From Fimbriosthenelais zetlandica (Eukaryota): 64,000 bases of DNA. Made by a program: the position numbers and the translations under genes. Under the pieces are notes generated by a model, which was not told the DNA's origin, ran no database searches, and worked only from the letters and a program-made list of their open reading frames with translations. The stretch spans positions 32,860,001-32,924,000 of the forward strand of contig OZ365113.1 of assembly GCA_977030845.1 (NCBI GenBank). The letters are read 5' to 3'. Below are positions 53,522 to 64,000 of this stretch, piece after piece (the first letter of the stretch is position 1; every line of letters begins with the position of its first letter).

Positions 53522-56262
53522 AAACTTACCTCACTCCTCACCATTGGGACTTTTGCCACATCATTTCCACAGGCCAACTCATAGACCAATACTACCACGT
53601 CTATGGCATCACAGGAAGGTGGAGAAGATAATCTGGGATTATCTTGGGCTTGGATTATTAAAATCCACCTGCCTTGATGGTCCAGCTTCATCCTCCTATT
53701 CTCTAACACTGATCGAGGTTTCCCATCTCGAGCCATGTTCCCATAACCCTAGCCGAGTCAGACTCCTCAATGCTGTCTCAACAACATAAAGGATCCACCC
53801 CCTGACCTAAACTTTTCCCCGATCCCTACCCCCACCCCCCACCATACCCCTCTGTTTTCACTAACCTGTGTTGTGTTGGTGCCACCACAAGCTCAGGCAG
53901 TAGGCATTCAGTGAGTTCACCAAAGTGATGTCTGTCGTATCACGACCCAAATCAGATCCATATCCAAACCCAAACTGTGTGAAAATGATACGTGAATGAG
54001 AGGGGGGAAATGGGTGACTTTCACGCCAGTTCACCATTCATTCATAGACATAATTTACAGTCTTGTCTCACTCAATCGTAACCTAAGATCACCGAGATGA
54101 ACCTCAAGAAAGAAATTCAACTCTTTTCATTGTTATTCCCCAGAATACAAGTATCCAATACCTTCAAATTCAATAATAATAGCCAGTTAAGATTTTTCCC
54201 TGATTTTAGATAAGCCTTGGATGTTCATGGACTACCATTGAATAATAGCTTCCACCATACAAATACATGGAAATACATCTTTAATTAATTCAAATAGCAG
54301 TAAGGTTATATTTAAATGACGTCTCTATAGTATAAAATCCTTTAGATATATAATTGATTTCAAAACCATATATAGATCAGAAAGCCCCAGGATTCAGTGT
54401 GTAATATTGTATCGGCTGCTCCTCCAGCATCGTCCGGGGTGTATAAGCCGGGTATTAACCCCTCCTGATCCAGCCCACCTGGAGGAGCTCTGACAGAGGC
54501 CGTGCTATACCGTTCACACCCCTTTACACACACTCAACCTATATCCACCCCTACATAAACGCTGGCGACAAACACACACCGAAAATACTGGCATACTTCT
54601 CTACCAAGAGGCAGCAAGGAAAAAACATCCTCACCCATAAAACAACATGGCACTTGGCAGAATATTCTGCTAAGCCAGCATTTTTTTACTTTTATTAATA
54701 ACACATATATCCATAATTTATCCGCATATATCAAAGATTTATCCAAATTTATTCACAACAGAGAAGTGTTTTGGTTAGCCTTTGGTAATAAAAAATTGTG
54801 ACATCTTGTAAACTTTCTATGTGTAGATTTAAAAAGAAGGCAACAATTATGTCATTTCTTCTTGTTCTGTGATCTGGTCTCAGGTAAAATATTATTGTTC
54901 TAGTATACAAGTACATACGTGTATGTATTTGTATCGTGCATTTTTCACAAGCAATCCCTGATCTAACAAGTTGGATGCAGCAGTGCCCATGTTCACTCAC
55001 ACCCACATGGACGTCTGTCAATAATTCTCATCCCAACCACAATACCATACAGCAACAAGTAGAGCCCAGACAAGACAGCCTGTCTGTGTGCTAAAAACTG
55101 GGTCGAGTTGGCCCAGTTTCCATCAACACTTATCTCTTGGTGTTAGGGTTCCTGGCTTGACATGACGTCTGCCGGGTAATAGTGGTGAATGGGTGTTATC
55201 TATATGCTGTGACAGTCACTAGCTCCTTGTAATAAGCTCCCGTGTCTTGTTGACAGGATTCTGGAGGGAGAGACGATTATCAGAATTCTTGGTGGTATTT
55301 GGGCTCTCCTTTCATTGGGCCCCTTACTAAGGTGACTAACCTCAACATACCAGGATTACAGGAGCGAAATGTGATCTACAGCCCCCCTACTGCTGATCAG
55401 GTTCACTCCGTATCGCCACAAGAACTCAACTTTTCAGGTCTTCCAAAATCACACTGGAGGTAAATGGAAAAGGGATTCAAATCCCAATGGACATCAACTC
55501 AGCTCATATCAAGAATATAGTTCGGCATACAATTTTACTTCAACATACTATTTTACTTCTATGGTCCCTATAAAACATATGATTCATATCTCATATTTTA
55601 TAGCCAATCCAATCATTTTCAATTCCACTTTATCATTTTGCACTGAAACCGATGGAAACCTGTCTCGAATTTACAGAGAAAAATCTTCAGAAAAAGAAAG
55701 TCAGCATAAAAAAGGTGGACTAATCTGAAGCAGGGTAAAACGTGAGAGAGCCCAGGTAAAAACACAAGGTGTAGAAGCACTCCCACATGTTCTCTACTTC
55801 AGCGAGGCAGTGAATGGGTTGTATTAGTAGGCGAGGACAGGTATGAGATAGGTGTCAGAATTTTACCAAACTTTTGAAAGGAACTTGAGAAAGAAGGGCT
55901 AGAAGAAAGAGGGGTACAATTATACACGCTAGCTGACGTGGAGAAAATGTCAGAAATCAACCGTCACTCAGGCTTGTACATCCAAGCACAAGTCATGTTA
56001 CAGAATCCATGAGCAGACCTGAGGAGGATATGACAAAGTGTGAAGTGTAGGGACAGGGGTGGAGGAAGAGGAGGAGGGGCAAAAAAAGGTGTAGAGAACG
56101 TCTGTGGCGGTGAAGATGTTTGAGGGGTTAGGAGAGCACTGGTACTTTCAATCATACCCCACAGAGAAGTTGATAAGTTTAAAATTCTGGTTATTTTTAT
56201 GGGCGGTTCGTTTACATTCTTTGTTAAAAGTTGTGGCGCTGTTCAGATTAACAGCTGTATAA

Positions 56263-56498
56263 NNNNNNNNNNNNNNNNNNNNNNNNNNNNNNNNNNNNNN
56301 NNNNNNNNNNNNNNNNNNNNNNNNNNNNNNNNNNNNNNNNNNNNNNNNNNNNNNNNNNNNNNNNNNNNNNNNNNNNNNNNNNNNNNNNNNNNNNNNNNNN
56401 NNNNNNNNNNNNNNNNNNNNNNNNNNNNNNNNNNNNNNNNNNNNNNNNNNNNNNNNNNNNNNNNNNNNNNNNNNNNNNNNNNNNNNNNNNNNNNNNNA
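56263..56498. other. assembly gap (236 N)
   Basis: Run of N directly visible. Confidence 1.
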
Positions 56499-56537
56499 GA
56501 TTGACTAGACTCAGAGAGAAGAGCAGCTCACTACAGA

Positions 56538-56576
56538 ACAGAGAGAAAGAGAGAAAGAAAGAGAAAGAAAGAGAAT
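56538..56576. repeat. GA-rich simple repeat (GAGAAAGAAA)n beside the gap
   Basis: gagagaaagagagaaagaaagagaaagaaagagaa. Confidence 0.85.
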
Positions 56577-59500
56577 GACAGAAAATTAGAGGGAGGGAGG
56601 AGATTCAGGAGAAAGGAAGGGACAGACACTCTTTGAGAAGAGCAGCTCACGGAAACAAGAGAAGACTGAGAAGCTCATGATGTAGAGGAGGTCTGATTCA
56701 GAGCCTCGAGAGTCAGTCCCATGTTAAAGGTTGGAGCAGAGAGACTGTAGTCTCTCTGGTTGGAGCGAAGAAAGCACCGATGATGAAGAAACAGAAGTGA
56801 GGTGACAGCTGGAGACACGTCTGTGTGAAACCAGAGTCCCCCAGAGAAACATTCCAACAGCAAGCCAACCCCAAAACAAACCCAGGAGGAGGTCAGAAAA
56901 ACAACGTTCTTCATGCTTATTTTGTTCACAGCTTCCTTTCTCGGCAATCTTCTTATTAAGAATCCCCTCACTGGGCAAATTGCAATTTTGGTTTGGGGAG
57001 CAGAAGTGGTCCAATCTAACGAATCAAATAAGAGGCCAGTAAAAGCAGACGAGATCATTTGATGGCCGTGTCAGGGGTATTTTATTAGAATTCCAAAGGG
57101 ATCAATCTCATGCCTTTTAATGCATCAGCAGGGCCTCTTTCCCAACATCAGTGACCACGTGATGCCCCTGACACAGCCGACCTCTCACCCCGGAAGTGAG
57201 GACAAAACGAGTCACGTGACCAGAGGTGATGAATGAACGTGGATCGGAGAGGGAGAGATGTAGATGATCCTCAATGCAGCTGGGGCATTCCGTCCTCAAG
57301 GCCAAAAACATGATCACATGCAAAACCGATGCTTATTAATTAATTAGTGAAAATAATCTCTTTCAAAAATATAACCAACACACTGAAAAAATAGATCAAG
57401 ATTCGCTGCCCATATCCATTATTATTTAAATCTAATTCAATGGTTACAAATTCAATTTAATCTTAAATGTCCCCATCTAAGTTTGATTACAAAATTCTTG
57501 GGACATTAAGGGCTTTACATGGTCCAAATATTAACTGTAAAACAGTAAGTCTAGACTTTGCAAGTGTGTAGAATAGTTTTAAATGGAACTGGGGAACCTT
57601 ATGAGTTTTTCTCTCAGCCTAATTAATATGCCAGGTCATGGAAGGCAGAGAGAGGGTGAGTAATGGATCCTGATCAACACTGAGGATCCCAACAATGTGC
57701 TCCCTTTATTATATCACTCTGATGAGGGCATCTTGATAAGGGGGAAATCTCTTAACATTAATGCTTAATTCTGGAATCTTGGATTTCAGAAGTTCATGAA
57801 CATTTAGCCCTATAATCCATTTTCTTCGCAATGTATGACGGGGTTGTGGAATGACATTTCCCCCAAATTCAAGGCATGGCAGAATATCCAGTGCATTTCG
57901 GTAAATATCCAGTAGGCCTACATATCCAGTAAGTTTCTAATCATACTTGTAATATTGTCTCGAAAAATAAACCCACATTTAGAACAACACATAACTGGGT
58001 TTCCTTCGTTACTTTATAGAGATGGGGTGCATTTTGGAGGAGGATTTCTACACACTTTTGAGTCATAATTCTGTTATGGCATGTTTTTTGGGGGGAGGGT
58101 GTGATGCATGGCTATTTCCGTGTTGCTAAGTTTCAGGCGTCCCTACTCATTATGAAGGAACTGTGTCGGGTAAATAGGACGGCTGTCACATAACTCAAGG
58201 TTGACCTTTTGTAGCCCCTTGTCAATGACCTAACCTCTCAGGCCCCTCCTCCTCTCTCTCCCTCTACTAACACCCACTCCCTTCTTTTCCTGGATCCTTA
58301 CCTTATAGCACTTTGAGATGGAAAAACCAGGAAGTTTGGAGGAAGTTGCAGCTGGCCTGCTTCTAGGGGCAGGGTGAAGTGGGAGGGGGAGGGTTGGGTG
58401 TAGAGGGGGTATCAAGCCTGGCGATGTGTTTGTGGTAAGGGGTGGAGGAGGGGGTGTTAGTGCCAGGAAGGGTGTGTTAGGGAGGGGGGAAGGGGAGGGT
58501 GGGTAGGGGGATGGCTTTAGTCAACAAAACTGGGAGGAACGTGCATGAAACGCATGGAAATATACCAGGCTCGAGGGTTATCAGTTACATGTACACATCC
58601 CAGGTAGACCAAGTCATGGAGGTTTCATGTAGGTGCTTGGTGAAAACTAGTTTTCAGGATAGGTGCCAACACATAATCTTCATTTCTATTCCAAAAACTC
58701 AGAAAATGGGGGCAGTTCTAATAGAAAGTGGACCTCTCCAGATAAAACATGAGTGGCTAAGAGGGCATCTTCATGTAATGTAATGTAGCGTTCAAGGTAA
58801 AGGGCAGGAGCTTGAAGAGGGATATTTATTTCAAGGAGGTAAACCTCAGTGTTTCAAGATGTAGAACAAGAGTTACACAAACAGTTCGCATTTTGTGCCT
58901 ATGATAGATTGCTTCAATATGAATCCTCTCTTAGAATGGATTATAAAGTATTTTTAAATGATTTTTATTTAAATGATTTTTAATTGAAAATTATTTTTAA
59001 ATACGTTATAATCCATCCTAAGTGATTCTAAGAAATTAAAATAAACAATCTCCATCAATTAGCATATACAGAGTATATAGATAGAACCCTTGATATATAG
59101 ACAGACCCCTTAATATTATCTAGAAAACTCCACATTTGTTGGTTAAAATTGGTATCTTTACCATTTTGGGATCTGCCTACTCTACTAGTTTTATCGCCCA
59201 CAATTCAGGCCCACTTCAATCCCACATTGTACTTGTCAGGGCTTGGATCTGCTGGTCCCTCAGAATGTGGTTATAGGGGCTCAGTGTGGTCTGAGAGGTA
59301 CATCTAAAATTAACCTCTAGTCAGATCTATAGGTGCAGTCTTCACTCACTAATAACTGGATGAATTAGTGAGTGGGATGAGAATACCAAGAAAGACCCCC
59401 ATGACATAGATCAGGGCTCATGTCACTGTTAAAATCATCATTGACATTGACAGTCAGGATAGGGCTGTAAATATGCTGACGTTTGTCACTGTCAGTTCAG

Positions 59501-60939
59501 TTCTGGCCCTTGCCTTGGGCCCAGGTGTATATAACATTCATGCCACGAGACTTCAAGGCAGCGAAAAACTTAACAAATTTTTCACTCATGATTCAGGGTA
59601 CAAATTTCATGACTTTATGTAGTCGAACAATTAGATGTATATTGGAATCACTAATCGTATGAGCCCTTGATTTTATGATAAATTGCATCTCGGGTTATAT
59701 CAATGCAATTACCGACAGACAGGTTGCTATAGCAATAAATCATTTATTAAAGTCATTTTTGGCTGGCAATGGAAAGTAAAATTACCAACGCAGTAAGAAA
59801 TAACACGGCAGATCAAATTATATCACATCAGTGGATATAATACTCCTGCAGAGAGCAACCTGCAAAACCCTGCAGATAACATAAATCAAAAAGTCAATAT
59901 GGTGATCCATTTCCACCAGATGCTAAGACATAATTGCATATCGCTAGTTAATTCGCTTGAGAGCATGTTGTAGTGTCTTTTATGGCGGACGTGTGGGAGA
60001 TATACATACAGGTACATGCAGCTACGACCAGATGCGCCAACAATTAAGCAGCATGGGACAGATCCATACTTTATAACAGTGGGAGGAGGTTCAGAATGTT
60101 TGGGCTGGGGCCAAATGAAAAAGACCCTAATCTTTGACATTAATGATACTTATTATACCCTTAGTACCCAACATATCTACGGGAAATTATAAGAAAATGT
60201 AGCATGGTAATGAGGCTTGATACCAAGAATGTCTGTTACTGTGTTGGCCCAAGATTGGGACTTACATGTACTATTATATTTTATATGTCATGTATTTAGA
60301 CATCTCGACTGAGCACCTTCCAGCCTCTCAGTGCATGCCTTGTGGTCATAACAATGAGAGTTGTGTCTGGACACAGTGAATGTCAGTGAGGCGTGTATCG
60401 TAATTACAGCTAATTACAGTAATTAGGTCATGTCTGAGTAATGCTAGATTATCCAGACAATACCGGAGACACGCGCTGGGTGGGGGAGGGACTCTGATTC
60501 CACGCCTAAATCAGGCCAGCTTATTAATCCCTCACGTAAACGTCTAATTATTTCCATAAAATACTCATAAAAAACATGATGGCTCGTCCAAGTGTACTGT
60601 AAGGTCTACCCTGATAGAAACTTAGTATTTTAACTACTGAAATGGTTCAACAAGCATAAAATAATTACGAGTATTTATGTCCACGATTTCATGACATTTT
60701 TATGAATTGTTGTATCAATGAACACGATTTAAATTCACATTACTGACTCATGACATTCAAGAACGTCTCGTATACCCATGAAAATTAACACATTATCTTC
60801 GAATAAAATGTTATTTATGGTAAAACTGAAAAGTGTTAATTACCAATTAATCTAATTCAGCTAATCACGAAATGCCCCCTCGGCATTAAATATGCATCAG
60901 ATTGTATAATTATTATTTCAAGGACGTATAGAACATTAC

Positions 60940-61068
60940 CTCAGAACCTCGTCCTATTCTTGTTAGAAGAACATCGAACACTTACCTGAAAGGAGAGAAA
61001 AAATATGAATACATGGGAATCATGAGAGGCAGTGATAATATTTCAACAGGTGATTAATGGGTGATTAT
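60940..61068 (-). other. recursive splice site (RS1) with 46-nt cryptic RS-exon
   Basis: Minus strand reads attcatattttttctctcctttcag|GTAAGT (junction 60986/60985), with an AG-free zone of about 81 nt (60988-61068). Downstream donor TGAG|GTAATG at 60939. Confidence 0.72.
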
Positions 61069-64000
61069 CTGCCTGCTCTAACACTAACAAAACACAGCTG
61101 TGTAAGATAAAAGAGTAGTAAGATAATGGTTGATACTCGCTGCCCGGTCTAATGCCAGTTTTTTGTAGTCAGTGCCAGACGGCTGTATCTATCTCCACCC
61201 AGCCCACCACTCCATTGTTCCACTTGACGTGGCGTGGTATTTACCCATCCCAAACCTCCATACCTGCCTCCAGGGCGAGGAGGTAGATGATAGGAGGGCC
61301 GGCTCCCTTGTTTCTATGGTTACTTCTTGGCTGACCAGCCCCTTACTGTGGCCTGGAGGGTGAGTAGAGGCCAGGTGATCATTAATCTTACACTCTACAC
61401 ACCCTTCTTGCCCAGAGTGTTAGTTACTTGTGATAATAAGCAGTGAGGATCCATCGCTCTTTCTGCCAGGGATGGCTTCAAAATGACTTTCCTGGGCTAA
61501 ATGGGAGTGGTCAGGTAAACAAGCCTGAAACTTTAAATGGGATTCCTTGCAATGGAGACCTTGCAATGGATAGTTAACGCAAGAGTTAATCCTAGCAAAA
61601 TCTGGTATTTTCTTTGAATTAACATGCACAATAATATTCAAAGGTATTACATATTCTGAGTATAATATGAATATACCTTACCCTTGATAGTGTTTTTTTA
61701 AATCGTTTTAATTTTTAGTGGACGGTTTGTGCCAGAAGGAACAAGAGTAAATGTTGCTTGACATGACTGAGCTTGTGCCCCTTTAGGTGTCTGCTTTTCA
61801 ATTACGCCACCATAAGAGGACATGAGAGGTGTGAGAGGGATGTATGATTTATCATGGGTTAGGATGTTCATAGCAGAACTGATGAACAACTTGTTACTTT
61901 AACAAAGTAAATCATAACTCAGCTATATCTATTGCCTTCCACCACGCTTGACTACCATCCGTTACCTTTATGTACATTACTCTTGACATTATATACATTT
62001 AGCCCCGTACTGGCAGCCAGACGATCTGTCCGGATGAACGAGTTCCTCCTATTTTTTATTTATTTATTCACGCAAGTTGTCGAGGATCGAGAAGTATCAA
62101 TGTAAATCATAGAAATAAGGAGCATGCCAAAAGGCCATTGGAGTATGTTATATAGAAGAGGAGGCTTTCTTGGCTCCTTCCCCTCCTTCTGCTCTTCCCT
62201 CCATTTCATCCACCTCACATGTTCTCCATGCTACTCAGCTGTTGGCCTAGCTGTCTACAATATGGGTAAGATCAGATCTGAAGGCTTGTGTCTCAACTCA
62301 TATATTAAGCCCAGTTTGAAGGGCTTTCCCTCCTTCCCTTCAAGTCTTTCTACCTACACATGATTGATATTGAGGCAGTGAAAAATCCTTACAAAAATTC
62401 ATGGTCTGTATCGATAGGTTAATCTGAGTGATCCATCACAATCTAACAGTGAACATCAGTGAGGGCGCGATCTTTTAGTTAAATGCACATTTCCTGGGCT
62501 TCTGAGAAAATATTATTTAATGAAACCCTGACAAGGGTTGTGGATTAACAGTTGATTATTCTTGGATATTAAATTCAGCAATTACTCAAGTGGGGAGGGG
62601 TGTATGTTGTAGGCATCTAACAGTAAAGTACTGGGTTATGACTAAGCCTGTATGTACCCAGCACCAAAATGTGGCTTCCATTTGGCTTCGCTTGGAGAAG
62701 CCACCGCCTGGCATCCCTCATCCCTGTTCAAGTATAGTAGTGCAGCGAGATGAAAGTCTAATTTTTTGTCTCCGGATATCTCCTCCAACATGAGTGCAAT
62801 TTATAAATCCGAGTGAGGGCTTTCTTGAGAATGACATTGTAACCTTTGACTACAAGCTTTAGAAACTTAAGAGCTGACGATCATGGATGAGGTGCACTGA
62901 TAGACATCGACTTAACTGTGCATCCTCCATAGTTAAATCTATAACCCTAACCTTTCACAGTGTCAGCGTCCATGAAAAATACAATGAAATAATCAAACTT
63001 AATTCTCACTTTTTCTAACCAGAAAATAAGCAAAACAAATAGAAGCAACAAGTTATTTGAAGTCAAATCATGAGATGAGGTTTTCATTAGCTATTCTTCC
63101 AATGCTGTCATAAGTTGTTATGAACAAAGCTTCATATATTCAAGCAAACGGGGTATTAGATAAATTGTTGTGGGTCATGCTTAAATAGGCTAAACCTATG
63201 AGTTAGCTGAGATAATTGCCCATTATCCAGTCTGGACATGGCAGATGCTTCAAATCTCTAGTAGGCTCGAGCCGTTCCACAAGTAAGTTAAGCTAAAGTG
63301 CAGTGCTACAGGAATATATCATACAGGAGGAAGATAGAGATGAGCGACTGGCGCACTTAGTGGGGTGTGTCCTATTAGTGAGGGAAGAAGATTCTCAACT
63401 CAGGCCTTTTGCCATTATTAGAATTTAGGCGCCATACAATAGACAACCATATGGGAAAACGCTTAAATCAATGAATGGACATTGTTGGCATAACTATTGA
63501 GCAAACTTTCTCGCCTATTTCACGCTATATGGTCTCAGGAATATCCTGAAAATTCCATGACAAAAGCATTATAATACAATGTATAGTTATTTTTTCTTAC
63601 AGGAGAAATGGATAATAAAATTTTCAGTCAGTTTTCAGCCGAAAACTCAGGCATTATAGACTATCTAATGTTTGAAGTTGTACCTTTCATGAACAAATTA
63701 CATTAAATTTTACACTTTTTTCACTCCCCATGGCAGAAATGCTGAACTTTTCTATGTCCATCATCAGAGGGTCATCGATGAAGGAACATGATCCACACAA
63801 CGGTCTGACGTTGATGTAGACAGATAATTGTGCCACCAACCTCCCTGGACCTTGTTAATTATTTCCCAGGCACATACATCATCATAAATCATCCTTGTGA
63901 TCAATTAGAGCTACACCTCCTGCTCCTCCAAGTTTTCAATTTCCCTAACAGCTTCAAAAAACCACAACCGGCCAATGATAAATGAATGAGGTACAAGATG

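Noticed and set aside
26445-53530. Isolated strong minus-strand donors at about 26450 (GAG|GTGAGT), 27798 (ATG|GTGAGT) and 53528 (GAG|GTAAGT)
   Set aside because: No phase-2 open frame with a start and no convincing acceptor. A few such words are expected by chance in 64 kb. They could be non-coding exons but this is unsupported.
54418-54488. 10-bp inverted repeat (gctcctccag/ctggaggagc) enclosing about 50 nt
   Set aside because: Internal pairing is poor and asymmetric; not a credible pre-miRNA or MITE.

Overview
Eukaryotic (animal, probably bilaterian invertebrate) genomic DNA, about 39-40% GC, with one 236-N scaffold gap. The window appears to lie entirely within the 5' half of a very large minus-strand prickle gene (planar cell polarity, PET-LIM family). 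Two conserved coding exons are certain: 16083-15906 (KICRHCKC...[25 protein letters not shown]) and 141-<1 ([42 protein letters not shown]), separated by a 15.8-kb intron. A third exon (30113-29719) is a phase-compatible candidate alternative N-terminus of 131 aa. I did not find the canonical upstream exon (C-x2-C...CPGF..H.W), so it probably lies beyond 64000. The most striking signal is two textbook recursive-splicing ('ratchet') sites in the sense orientation of the long upstream intron, at 60985 and 41729. Each has a long AG-free zone, a polypyrimidine tract, YAG|GTRAGT, and a short downstream cryptic exon closed in all three frames and ending TGAG|GTAA. The rest is intronic: CpG-retaining putative enhancers with motif clusters (nuclear receptor, RFX, GATA, CRE-half, STAT), small tandem repeats and unidentifiable decayed transposon debris. 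I found no tRNA, rRNA, CRISPR array or intact transposon. Nearly all ORFs in the supplied track are spurious.
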